This document shows, in pieces, positions 37,155 to 47,008 of a DNA stretch of 64,000 bases; positions within the stretch are counted from its first letter, which is position 1; each line of letters opens with the position of its first letter. The notes beneath the pieces are model-generated. The model worked only from the letters and a program-made list of their open reading frames with translations, was not told the DNA's origin and did no database searches. This DNA comes from Candidatus Woesearchaeota archaeon (GTDB taxonomy: Archaea > Nanobdellota > Nanobdellia > SCGC-AAA011-G17 > JAGVZY01): positions 13,700-77,699 of the forward strand of contig JAGVZY010000007.1 of the NCBI GenBank assembly GCA_018302225.1, given 5' to 3'. Both the position numbers and the translations under genes were made by a program.

Positions 37155-38267
37155 CTAGATTTTATAATTCAACCTTTCTTCTAATTTTTTTGTATGTTCA
37201 GAAGTAATAGGTTCCATTACACTCATATAAGATTTATTAGAATTAAAATATTCTATAAATTCTTTTGATTTTCTAAGAGGTATCCACCATCCAGGATTTT
37301 TAACATACCAATCTACAACTTTTCCCAACATTTCAAAAAAATCAAGTTTACTTTGTATACTTGGTTTAAAATTAAATGTCCTTTCAATTTTAGTCGTATC
37401 TACGGAATATCTTCTATCATGATCTTGTCTATCCAAAGTATTAACAGTTTCAGCTTTAATACCATAATTTTTATCTAAATAATTTAAAATATAATTTAAT
37501 ACATCTATATTTTCTAATTCATTCTTTCCACCCATATTATAAATTTCATAAGGTTTCCCTTTCTTAACAACTTCCCATATTCCTCTACAATGATCTTCTA
37601 CAAAAAGCCAATCTCTAATTTGCTTTCCATCCCCATATATAGGAACTTTTAATCCGCATACAGCATGAGTTATTGCAGTAGGAACAAACTTCTCAGGATA
37701 TTGGTGGGTTCCAAAATTATTTGTTCCTCTTGTAATATTCCAAATTAAATTTGGAAATTCTTCAACTAAAACTAATTCACCCTTCATTTTAGAAACAGCA
37801 TAATTACTTGATTTAGTTGGATTTACTAAATCAATTTCTTTACTAGAATGAAGAATTTGAACAGGGCCATAAACTTCATCAGTTGAAACTTGTAAAAATT
37901 TCTCAATACCTACTTTAGAAGCTTGCTCAGCCAAATTTCTCACACCCTCTACATTTGTTTTATAAAAAATATCTGCTTCTTGCAAACTTCTGTCAACATG
38001 AGACTCAGCAGCAAAATTGATTATAGCATTAATATAATAATCTTTTAAAATTTGAACTACTCCCTTATCATCAGTTATATCTCCATTTAAGTCAATAAAT
38101 TTTTCTTTGTTTAAAACAACAAATCTGTTAAAATTTCCACCTCTACCAGCATAAGAATGATTGTCTAAACCAACAACTTTGATATTCTCATCTTTATCTA
38201 AGATATACTTGACAAAATGACTTCCAATAAAGCCATGATGTCCTGTAACTAAAATATTTTTAGACAT
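37155..38267 (-). CDS. NAD-dependent epimerase/dehydratase, dTDP-glucose 4,6-dehydratase-like
   Basis: N-terminal GxxGxxG (VTGHHGFIGSHF), YAVSK catalytic YxxxK, 370 aa. Confidence 0.6.
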   Translation of the reverse strand: MSKNILVTGHHGFIGSHFVKYILDKDENIKVVGLDNHSYAGRGGNFNRFVVLNKEKFIDLNGDITDDKGVVQILKDYYINAIINFAAESHVDRSLQEADIFYKTNVEGVRNLAEQASKVGIEKFLQVSTDEVYGPVQILHSSKEIDLVNPTKSSNYAVSKMKGELVLVEEFPNLIWNITRGTNNFGTHQYPEKFVPTAITHAVCGLKVPIYGDGKQIRDWLFVEDHCRGIWEVVKKGKPYEIYNMGGKNELENIDVLNYILNYLDKNYGIKAETVNTLDRQDHDRRYSVDTTKIERTFNFKPSIQSKLDFFEMLGKVVDWYVKNPGWWIPLRKSKEFIEYFNSNKSYMSVMEPITSEHTKKLEERLNYKI

Positions 38268-38294
38268 ATTAGTATAAAAATAATAAGGTTTAAA

Positions 38295-39401
38295 TTAGTT
38301 TTGATTAGATTTATTAACTAATTGAACAGCTTCTTTCCCATAGGTTTTGGCATACCACTCTTTATACTTAGAACTACAAAGTTCATTTTCCCAAAACCAA
38401 GTATTATCCCTATACCAATCTAAAGTTTTGTTAAGAAATTTATTAAATTCTTCTCTGTTATCTGAATTTGGATTCCAGCCCAAAAGTTTAAGATTATCTG
38501 AATTGATAGATCTTTTCGCTCTATATTCCCTTCTTTTATTCTTACTTAAATTAAAAGTGGATACATTACTTGAATAGTAATTAGAAATATAATCTAAAAG
38601 CATACTATGAGTTATTCTTGATTCTTTATCGCTTCTTCCTGCCAAATTATAAACCTCGGCTTTAAATTCTTTACAATATTTTTGCCCAATACCCTTCTTT
38701 ACAACTAGACTTAATCCATCAAGAACATCATCTAAATACACCCAATCCATCCAAGTGCCCTCCGGATATAATGGTGCTTCCTTATCTACCAAAGTATTCA
38801 CTGCATAAATTGGAATTAAATAATATAATGGTTGAGCAGGACCAAAATAATTAGAAACTCTAACTATGGCTGCATTTTCATAATCTCCATCAAGCAAAAT
38901 TTTTTCTCCTTCATATCTTGAATAAGCATAAGGAGATTCTGGATTACAAAAACTCTCTTCTTTACATTGAAGATCTTCTTCTCCTTCAAAATCAAGTCTA
39001 CCATACACTTCTGCAGTAGAAACATGAATCAATTTAATTCCAGTTCTCTTAGCGATTCCATACAAATTTATAACACCATATTTATTTGTTCTACCCAAAG
39101 GTGAAGAATCTAAAAAATCATAATCTATTTGACCACCTAATTTTTTTGATAGGGGATTACTTCGCACTGCAGCAAAATTAATTAGGGTATTATACTTACC
39201 ATTTTTAACTATATTTTCTATATTTTTATCATTTATATCTCCAGAATAAAAATTATCCATAGAACCTAACAAATCAGGTTGAATAGGAGAAACTTGATCA
39301 TAAACAGCCACTTTAAACTGAGGATTCTCACTTTTAAACTTCTTAGCAAAATTACTTCCAAGATATCCTGAGCCACCAACAACTAAAAGATTATTAATCA
39401 T
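38295..39401 (-). CDS. NAD-dependent epimerase/dehydratase family protein (extended SDR)
   Basis: VVGGSGYLGSNF Rossmann motif, YxxxK. Confidence 0.55.
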   Translation of the reverse strand: MINNLLVVGGSGYLGSNFAKKFKSENPQFKVAVYDQVSPIQPDLLGSMDNFYSGDINDKNIENIVKNGKYNTLINFAAVRSNPLSKKLGGQIDYDFLDSSPLGRTNKYGVINLYGIAKRTGIKLIHVSTAEVYGRLDFEGEEDLQCKEESFCNPESPYAYSRYEGEKILLDGDYENAAIVRVSNYFGPAQPLYYLIPIYAVNTLVDKEAPLYPEGTWMDWVYLDDVLDGLSLVVKKGIGQKYCKEFKAEVYNLAGRSDKESRITHSMLLDYISNYYSSNVSTFNLSKNKRREYRAKRSINSDNLKLLGWNPNSDNREEFNKFLNKTLDWYRDNTWFWENELCSSKYKEWYAKTYGKEAVQLVNKSNQN

Positions 39402-39634
39402 ACAAATTTTCCACTCAATTTGCTTTATTAAGATTATTATTCTCTATTAGCTACTTTCAACAATATAAAAAAGTAGAAAACGACATAATTTGGTTATATA
39501 ATCTACCGTTTTCTAGTTAATAAATAACTTAATTCTTTTTATATCTTAATTTAAAAGCATTTGATATTATAATTTACTTAAGTCGTTTACTAAAGAATAT
39601 AAACCTTTATAAATATCATTAAAAATGTATAATC

Positions 39635-40174
39635 ATGAACTTAAATATTATAATCTATGGGCGCGGAGGTCAAGGCGCAAAAAGTGCAGGACAAGTACTT
39701 GCAGAAGCATTTGCTCTAGAAGGAAAATATATCAAAGCTTTCCCAGAATATGGTCCTGAAAGAACAGGTGCGCCAGTAAGAGCATACATAAAAGTTTCAA
39801 ACAATTTTATAAAAGATTATGAACCCATAACCTCTGCAGATTATATCCTTGTAATAGATAAATTTATTGCACATTCAGAAAATTTTTATCAAAAAACAAA
39901 AAAAGAAACTAAATTTATTTTAAATTCTACAAAGATTCCAAAAAATAAAGAATTTAAAAATTATTTAATAAATGCAAACAAAATTTCACAAGAAAAATTA
40001 GGAGATATAAAACCAAATACAATCATGTTAGGTGTATTTATAAAAATAAGCAATTCAGTAAAATTAGATTCAGTAAAAAAAGCATTCACAAACTTATTTA
40101 AAGACAAATTAGATGAACAAAAGATAAAAGCGAATTTAGATTTAATAGATTTAGGATATAATTCAATAAAATAA
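39635..40174 (+). CDS. porG: pyruvate/2-oxoacid:ferredoxin oxidoreductase gamma subunit
   Basis: IYGRGGQGAKSAGQVLA...PEYGPERTGAPV matches POR gamma. Confidence 0.85.
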   Translation: MNLNIIIYGRGGQGAKSAGQVLAEAFALEGKYIKAFPEYGPERTGAPVRAYIKVSNNFIKDYEPITSADYILVIDKFIAHSENFYQKTKKETKFILNSTKIPKNKEFKNYLINANKISQEKLGDIKPNTIMLGVFIKISNSVKLDSVKKAFTNLFKDKLDEQKIKANLDLIDLGYNSIK

Positions 40175-40179
40175 ACAAA

Positions 40180-40461
40180 ATGATACTAAAAAAATCATCA
40201 GAAATGGAAATTGGAGGTTTGCTTAACTCAAACACTTCTAAAGAATTTAAAACAGGAGATTGGAGAACAAAAAAACCAATTTATAATAAAGCAAAATGTA
40301 CTAAATGTCTAAAATGCGTAGTTTACTGTCCAGAGTCATGCATTTTACAAAAAAAAGGAGTTATCACAAAAATAGATTATGATTATTGTAAGGGTTGTGG
40401 AATTTGTGTTACTGTTTGTAGTTCTGGGGCCTTAACAATGCAAGAAGAGGATTTTGAATAA
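40180..40461 (+). CDS. porD: POR delta subunit (2x[4Fe-4S] ferredoxin)
   Basis: Two CxxCxxCxxxCP clusters. Confidence 0.85.
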   Translation: MILKKSSEMEIGGLLNSNTSKEFKTGDWRTKKPIYNKAKCTKCLKCVVYCPESCILQKKGVITKIDYDYCKGCGICVTVCSSGALTMQEEDFE

Positions 40462-41584
40462 AATGGTAAACAAAATATTAACTGGTGCAGAAACCAGTGC
40501 AGAAGCAATGCGTCAAATAGCCCCAGATGTAGTTTCAGCCTATCCTATCACTCCTCAAACCCATATAATTGAAAAATTCTCAGAATTTATTGCAGATGGT
40601 TTAATAGACACAGAATTGATTAGAGTAGAATCAGAACATAGTGCCCTAAGTGCTTGTGTTGGTGCTTCAGCAACAGGTGCAAGAACAATGACTGCAAGCT
40701 CATCAGCAGGCTTAGCCTTAATGTTTGAAATATTAGGAGTTACCTCGGGATTAAGACTTCCAGTAATTATGAACATTACAAATAGAGCATTATCTTCACC
40801 AATAAATATTCATTGTGATCATTCAGATTCTATGAATTGCAGAGATTCTGGTTGGATTCAAATATATTCTGAAAACTGTCAAGAAGTTTATGATTTCAAT
40901 TTAATAGCAGTAAAACTTGCAGAGTCGATAAATCTTCCAGTAATGATCATGCAAGATGGTTTTATTGTTTCTCATGGTGTGGAAAATTTATGCATTCTAG
41001 AAGACAAAAAAGCAAAATTATTTATAGGAAATTATAAACCAAAGTTTTCTTTACTTGAATTTAAAAAACCGAAAACCTTTGGTGCCTTACAACTAACAGA
41101 CTATAATTTTGAAACAAAAATTCAAATTTCGCAAGCAATGGAAAAAGCAAAACAAAAATATTTAGAAATTTCAAAAGCATATTCAAAAATCTCAGGAAGA
41201 AATTATAATTTCTTTGAATATTATGGAAATAAAAATACAAAAGATGTAATTGTGGCTTTATCTTCAACAGCAGGAACAATAAAAAGTATGATTGATGAAG
41301 GTTTAAATCTTGCCCTATTAAAAATTAACTTATTTAGACCATTCCCCCATGAAGAAATAAAAAATATTCTAAAAGATAAAAAAAGAATTATAATCTTAGA
41401 TCGTTCAGAAAGCTATGGTTCTTATCCACCCCTATATTCAGAAATCAAATCTGCACTTTATGATCTAAAAGAAAAACCTGAATTAATAAGTCATGTATTT
41501 GGAATTGGTGGAAGAGAAATTTACAAACAAGATATAAAAAATATTTTAAATAATTCAAAAAAATATATAGGTGTAAGAGAATGA
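40454..41584 (+). CDS. porA: POR alpha subunit
   Basis: Full-length match to POR alpha pattern; overlapping starts/stops with neighbours. Confidence 0.85.
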   Translation: MNKMVNKILTGAETSAEAMRQIAPDVVSAYPITPQTHIIEKFSEFIADGLIDTELIRVESEHSALSACVGASATGARTMTASSSAGLALMFEILGVTSGLRLPVIMNITNRALSSPINIHCDHSDSMNCRDSGWIQIYSENCQEVYDFNLIAVKLAESINLPVMIMQDGFIVSHGVENLCILEDKKAKLFIGNYKPKFSLLEFKKPKTFGALQLTDYNFETKIQISQAMEKAKQKYLEISKAYSKISGRNYNFFEYYGNKNTKDVIVALSSTAGTIKSMIDEGLNLALLKINLFRPFPHEEIKNILKDKKRIIILDRSESYGSYPPLYSEIKSALYDLKEKPELISHVFGIGGREIYKQDIKNILNNSKKYIGVRE

Positions 41585-43623
41585 AAGATTTAACAATAAA
41601 AGAACTGGCTCAAAAGGATACTCAGTTTATATCAGGGCATAGAGCTTGTGCGGGGTGTGCATTCCCAATTATCGTGAAAACTATTCTCGCATCAACAGAT
41701 AAAAAAGTAGTTGTCTGTGCTGCAACAGGTTGTTTAGAAGTTGTCTCAACAATTTACCCTTATTCTTCATGGAAAGTTCCATTTATTCACAGTGCATTTG
41801 AAAATGCAGGTGCAACAATTTCAGGTGTAGAAACTGCATTTAAAGCATTAAAGAAAAAGGATCCAAAATTAAAAAAAGAAGACGTTAAATTCATTGCCTT
41901 TGCTGGAGACGGTGGATCTTACGACATTGGACTTCAGTCTTTATCAGGAACATTAGAACGTGGGCATGATATAGTATTTGTAGTTTATGACAATGAAGCT
42001 TATATGAATTGTCTAAGCTTAGATAGCCTAATTATGACTAAAGAAGGGTTAAAAAAAGTAATGGATGTTAAAGTTGGAGAATTGATCTATGCTTTTGATG
42101 AAAATGCTCATAAACTGATTACTAAAAAATGTATAGGTAAATTTAATAATGGTATTAAAAAAGTGTATGAACTTAACACATTTCATCATTCAATAAAAAC
42201 AACAGATAATCACCCTTTTCTAATATTAAAACGAAATGGGCGAGGTAAAAAAGCTCAATTTATTTGGAAGAAATTAAAAGATTTAAAAGTAGGCAATGAA
42301 ATTATAACTTTAAAGAAAATAAATAATGAAAAAAGTTTCAGTTTTGATAAAATAAAAATATCTAAAAAAGGAGATTACAAAGTAAATAAAATAAATGAGA
42401 TAAATTTACCAAAAATAAGTTCTACAAATTTAATGGAATTTTTAGGATTATATATGGGCGATGGATGGATAAGAGAATCTAAGGCAGAAGTAGGTTTTGC
42501 ACTACCCCGCAATAAAAAAGGGCGCGAGAGGTTAATAACTCTCTATAAAAAAATATTTAATATATCGCTTAAACCAAAAGATAAAAACTATGTTTATATT
42601 TATTCTTTAAATTTAGTAAGATTTATAGAATCTTTAAAATTTAATAAAGGTGCAAAAAATAAAATAGTGCCTGCTTGGATATTCACTCTGCCACTTAAAG
42701 AAAAAGAAGCTTTTATACAAGGATTAATGCTTTCAGATGGATATCAAATAAAAAATAGTAAAAGATATATATCTGCGAGCATCGATCTTTTAAAAACCTT
42801 AAGATTACTTCTGCAAACCTGCAATTATAGAGTAGGAAAAATACATTTACAAAAAAAATTAAAAGGAACGCATGTAGTTTATAGAAAATTGTTAAAAGAT
42901 TCTACTTATGGTTATATCTGTTTTAGTAAAAAAAAGAGGTTATTAATTGATAAATATATCTCTCAAACAAAACAAAAAGACTTTTTTGCAGGAAATAAAA
43001 ATTTTGGAACTGAAAAAATAATTTCTATTAAATTTATAAAAGAAGAATCAACAATTGATTTAAGTGTTGAAGGAGCACATAATTTTATAGCCGACGGAAT
43101 TGTAGTCCACAATACAGGGGTTCAAGGATCAAGTTCAACTCCTTTCGGTGCTACAACTACAACAACACCAGATGGAAAAATTCATCATGGTAAAGAACAA
43201 ATCAAAAAGAATTTAATGGAAATTGTAATCGCACATAAAATACCTTATGCTGCACAAGCAAGTGTCTTTGATTTGGAAGATCTTTCAAGAAAAGCAAAAA
43301 AAGCATTTGAAACAAAAGGCCCTAGTTTCTTAAATGTTTTATCACCCTGTAATTTAGGTTGGAAACATCCACCAAACATAACAATTACAATTGCAAAACT
43401 AGCAACAGAAACAAATTTCTGGCCATTATATGAATATGAAAATGGAAATTATATCTTAAATTATAAACCACAAATTCAAAAGAGTGTAAATTCTTATTTA
43501 AGACTTCAAGGTAGATTTAAGCACCTTTTTAAACCAGAAAATAACTTACTTCTTGAAAAACTGCAAAAATCAACTGATGAACAGTGGGAAAAACTGTTAA
43601 AAGTCTCTAAAAACCTTAAATAA
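41581..43623 (+). CDS. porB: POR beta subunit (TPP-binding) interrupted by a 368-aa intein
   Basis: CAGCAFP cluster-ligand motif, GDG-x25-N TPP motif; exteins sum to about 312 aa, typical PorB size. Confidence 0.85.
   Translation: MKDLTIKELAQKDTQFISGHRACAGCAFPIIVKTILASTDKKVVVCAATGCLEVVSTIYPYSSWKVPFIHSAFENAGATISGVETAFKALKKKDPKLKKEDVKFIAFAGDGGSYDIGLQSLSGTLERGHDIVFVVYDNEAYMNCLSLDSLIMTKEGLKKVMDVKVGELIYAFDENAHKLITKKCIGKFNNGIKKVYELNTFHHSIKTTDNHPFLILKRNGRGKKAQFIWKKLKDLKVGNEIITLKKINNEKSFSFDKIKISKKGDYKVNKINEINLPKISSTNLMEFLGLYMGDGWIRESKAEVGFALPRNKKGRERLITLYKKIFNISLKPKDKNYVYIYSLNLVRFIESLKFNKGAKNKIVPAWIFTLPLKEKEAFIQGLMLSDGYQIKNSKRYISASIDLLKTLRLLLQTCNYRVGKIHLQKKLKGTHVVYRKLLKDSTYGYICFSKKKRLLIDKYISQTKQKDFFAGNKNFGTEKIISIKFIKEESTIDLSVEGAHNFIADGIVVHNTGVQGSSSTPFGATTTTTPDGKIHHGKEQIKKNLMEIVIAHKIPYAAQASVFDLEDLSRKAKKAFETKGPSFLNVLSPCNLGWKHPPNITITIAKLATETNFWPLYEYENGNYILNYKPQIQKSVNSYLRLQGRFKHLFKPENNLLLEKLQKSTDEQWEKLLKVSKNLK
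42010..43113 (+). mobile_element. intein with LAGLIDADG homing endonuclease, inserted right after the conserved Asn of the PorB TPP motif (...YDNEAYMN|C...VVHN|TG...)
   Basis: N-terminal Cys, C-terminal His-Asn followed by Thr. Two LAGLIDADG motifs: LGLYMGDGWI and IQGLMLSDGYQI. Confidence 0.8.
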
Positions 43624-43674
43624 AGCCAAATAAAACAAAAAGTTTAAAAACAAATAATTTATTTTTCTATATAG

Positions 43675-44256
43675 ATGGCATTAAAAGTTAAAATTGAAAT
43701 TTCAAATAGGCACATACATTTATCAGAAGAAGATTTAGATTCTTTATTTGGAAATAATTATAAACTAAAAATAAAAAGAAAACTATCTCAACAAAATGAT
43801 TTTGCAGCAGAAGAAACAGTTACTATTTCTAATTTATTAGATTCTGAAAAACAAATAAAAGAAATTAGAATTGTAGGTCCTGCAAGAGCCCAAACTCAAG
43901 TTGAAATTTTAAAATCTGATTTATCTAAATTAGGATTAAACGAAGTTCCATTAAGAATTTCTGGAGACATAACAGACACGCCAGGAATTTTTATTGATGG
44001 CCCAAAATCAGGAATTGCAATTGATGAAGGTTTAATAATCGCAAAACGCCATATTCATGTTTCTCCTGAAGATGCACAAAAACATCATTTAACTGAAGGT
44101 TCAAGAGTAAGCGCAAAAGTACTTAGCTCAGGAAGAATAATAGAACATTTAAATGTAAGAATAAAAAAAGGATTTACAACCGTAATTCATATAGATAAAG
44201 ATGAAGCATTAAAATTTGGTGTTGGAACTAACGAAGAAACAGAAATAATAAATTAA
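43675..44256 (+). CDS. PduL-type phosphate acyltransferase (phosphotransacetylase analogue)
   Basis: Two PduL repeats with SNRHIHLS and AKRHIHVS signatures, about 190 aa. Confidence 0.65.
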   Translation: MALKVKIEISNRHIHLSEEDLDSLFGNNYKLKIKRKLSQQNDFAAEETVTISNLLDSEKQIKEIRIVGPARAQTQVEILKSDLSKLGLNEVPLRISGDITDTPGIFIDGPKSGIAIDEGLIIAKRHIHVSPEDAQKHHLTEGSRVSAKVLSSGRIIEHLNVRIKKGFTTVIHIDKDEALKFGVGTNEETEIIN

Positions 44257-44328
44257 TTCTCTTCTAAATAAGATCTAAACATAGAATTGATTTTACTTCT
44301 ATCCAAATAATAATCTGAATTATCCACA

Positions 44329-46227
44329 CTATTTGATTCTAATAGCCTCTAAATCTTTAGGTGCATTAGTTTCAACATTTCTCAACTTATGCAAACTTGA
44401 AGCCAAGTCTAAACATCTTGAGGATTCTCCATGATTAATGATTATTTTTTTGGGCTGTGGTTCTAATGAACTCACAAATTTGACTAATTCACTTCTTCCT
44501 GCATGTCCAGACAAGCCATCTATAGTTACAACTTCCATTCTAACTCTAATCATTTCAGTTTTTCCATCACTAGAAATATTAATATCTTTTTCTCCACTCT
44601 GAACTCTTCTACCTAAAGATCCAACACCTAAATAAGAAACAAATATAATTGCATGTCTTGCATCTTCAGCCATTTCTTTGAAAAACTCAACTGAAGCTCC
44701 ACCAGTTAACATACCCGATGTTGCTAAAATAACGCAAGGACCTTCATCTTTTATAATATCTTGTCTTTCTTTTGCACTTCCAACTCTCTTAAATATAGGT
44801 GATAAAAAAGGATTATGATCTTTATGGAAAATTCCTTTTCTGATATTTTTATCTAAGAAATCAGGATATGCTGTATGAATTGCAGTAACATCCCAAACCA
44901 TTCCTTGAACGTAAATTGGAATTTCTTTTATTTTTCCCGCTTTGATTGCTTCTTCTAAAATTAACATAATTTCTTGTGCTCTTCCTGTTCCCAAAACTGG
45001 GACTAAAGCTTTTCCGCCCCTCTCAAGAATTCTATTTATAGTCTCAATTAATTGTTGTTCTGATTCTTTTCTTGGCAATAAATTATTATCTTTTCCACCA
45101 TAAGTACTTTCAATTATTAAAGTCTCTAACCTTGGGAAAGTTGAAACAGCTGGCTCAAGAGCCCTGGTTCTTACATATTTAAAATCTCCAGTGTATAACA
45201 AATTATGTAAACCATTTCCTATATGAAGATGGACCATTGCTGAACCTAAAGTATGTCCAGCATTATACAAAGTTATTCTTACATCAGGAGTAATATCATA
45301 AACTTCTTCATAGTCTAAACAAATAGTATGCTTTACCATTTCTTTAACATCTGTAACAGTAAACAAACCTTCTTTAGCCTCTTTGTATGCAACACCTATA
45401 AAATCTAAAGCCAATAAAGACATGGTATCTCTCGTTGGCGCAGTACAATATATTGGGCCTGTATATCCAAACTTAAATAATAAAGGAACCATACCACAAT
45501 GATCCAAGTGAGCATGACTTATTACAACTGCATCAATATCATTTATATTAAATTCAGGCGCATCAAAAAAAGGATACGCATTCTGTTGATCTGCAGCAGT
45601 GTTAATTCCACAGTCTAATAATATTTTAGACTCAGGAGTTTGTAATAATAAACAAGATCTTCCTACTTCTCTTGCTCCACCCAAGAAAGTAACTCTTACC
45701 CATTCATTTCTTCTTTCATGAGTATATCCTGCATAAATTCTTTCTCCAACAGAGTTTAAGAATTTTTTTCTAAAATCATTATTTTCATAAAGAACAGTTC
45801 TAATATTTTCAATAATTTTTGATCTTATTGCAGGTGTTCTTTTTACAGTTGGCACCCACATAGTATTTTTTCTTATTTCTCTTAGTAATTCACCAGTTTT
45901 TCCAATTGCAACTCCTGGTTTATCTGTTTCAATTATAACTCTTGATCTTGTTGGATCAAATGTAATCTCATTTATTCCCGCTTCTTCAGGAATAATTTTT
46001 CTTATTTCTTTTTCTGCTGCTTCTAACCCTAATGCCAAAGAAGGGTCGGGTCTTACTTCTATTCTTTTTTTAATTTTATTTACTATTTCTTTAATTATTC
46101 CATTATTATCCAGAAAAAATTCTCTATTCTTAGTATACAAAACAATATTTGCACCTTCAAACAAAGCTTCAGATATTTCTGCCTTATTAGGAACTTCTTT
46201 TAAGATTTCTTTTAAAATTGATATCAT
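44329..46227 (-). CDS. aCPSF1/FttA beta-CASP ribonuclease with N-terminal KH domains
   Basis: HAHLDHCG metallo-beta-lactamase motif, beta-CASP region, N-terminal KH repeats, 632 aa. Confidence 0.85.
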   Translation of the reverse strand: MISILKEILKEVPNKAEISEALFEGANIVLYTKNREFFLDNNGIIKEIVNKIKKRIEVRPDPSLALGLEAAEKEIRKIIPEEAGINEITFDPTRSRVIIETDKPGVAIGKTGELLREIRKNTMWVPTVKRTPAIRSKIIENIRTVLYENNDFRKKFLNSVGERIYAGYTHERRNEWVRVTFLGGAREVGRSCLLLQTPESKILLDCGINTAADQQNAYPFFDAPEFNINDIDAVVISHAHLDHCGMVPLLFKFGYTGPIYCTAPTRDTMSLLALDFIGVAYKEAKEGLFTVTDVKEMVKHTICLDYEEVYDITPDVRITLYNAGHTLGSAMVHLHIGNGLHNLLYTGDFKYVRTRALEPAVSTFPRLETLIIESTYGGKDNNLLPRKESEQQLIETINRILERGGKALVPVLGTGRAQEIMLILEEAIKAGKIKEIPIYVQGMVWDVTAIHTAYPDFLDKNIRKGIFHKDHNPFLSPIFKRVGSAKERQDIIKDEGPCVILATSGMLTGGASVEFFKEMAEDARHAIIFVSYLGVGSLGRRVQSGEKDINISSDGKTEMIRVRMEVVTIDGLSGHAGRSELVKFVSSLEPQPKKIIINHGESSRCLDLASSLHKLRNVETNAPKDLEAIRIK

Positions 46228-46280
46228 TTTACTTTTATTTCCAAAATTTTTAGTTTACTAGAAAATGTTTAATATAAAAT

Positions 46281-46937
46281 TTAACTTAATTTACTTTCTA
46301 CTATTTTAGTTAAAACTTTTTTTACTCCGTCTTTAGTTATTGTTACTATATCTATTCCCTCTCCAGTTGCAGTATCTCTTTGCATTGCTGCACTTATTGT
46401 TTTAACTGCTAAATCTGTTCCCTCACTTATGCTTAAATCCGGTTTGTATAAAGTGTCTAATACACCCCAACACATCATCATGCCTGAACCATCAACAGCA
46501 TATTTTTCATGCAACATTACTGAACCATCTGGACCAATTTCATACAATGCAAAACCAGATCTATCTTTTCCACCAAGTAAAAATCCAGTTACTCCTAAAA
46601 TAGGACTGAATTTTCTAATATTTTGATAAACTATTCCTGAAAACAAATTTGCAGCTTCTCTCACAGTAGCATCACTACCTGTTCTTATTCTTCTTAATGA
46701 AAGTTCTGCTTTAATTAATTTGGTAATTAATTGAACATCTGAAACAGTTCCTGCAGTGGTTATTGCAAGATTTTCTGTAATTTTATAGACTTTATCAAAA
46801 GATTTATGAGAAACATAAGCTCCGCCCAAAGTAACTCTTTTATCTGCTCCAAGAACGATTCCTTCTTTACATACTATTCCAACAGTTGTTGTTCCCTTGT
46901 TTATGTGCTCTTCCGCTTTATTCATTCTTATTAACAC
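46281..46937 (-). CDS. psmB: proteasome subunit beta
   Basis: Propeptide then TTTVGIV catalytic Thr. Confidence 0.9.
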   Translation of the reverse strand: MLIRMNKAEEHINKGTTTVGIVCKEGIVLGADKRVTLGGAYVSHKSFDKVYKITENLAITTAGTVSDVQLITKLIKAELSLRRIRTGSDATVREAANLFSGIVYQNIRKFSPILGVTGFLLGGKDRSGFALYEIGPDGSVMLHEKYAVDGSGMMMCWGVLDTLYKPDLSISEGTDLAVKTISAAMQRDTATGEGIDIVTITKDGVKKVLTKIVESKLS

Positions 46938-47008
46938 CTTTTTCAGAAGTCTTAATTTAATCTAAAAGAAGCTTATTTATAAACCTTTCGTTCAAACATA
47001 AACCCAGA

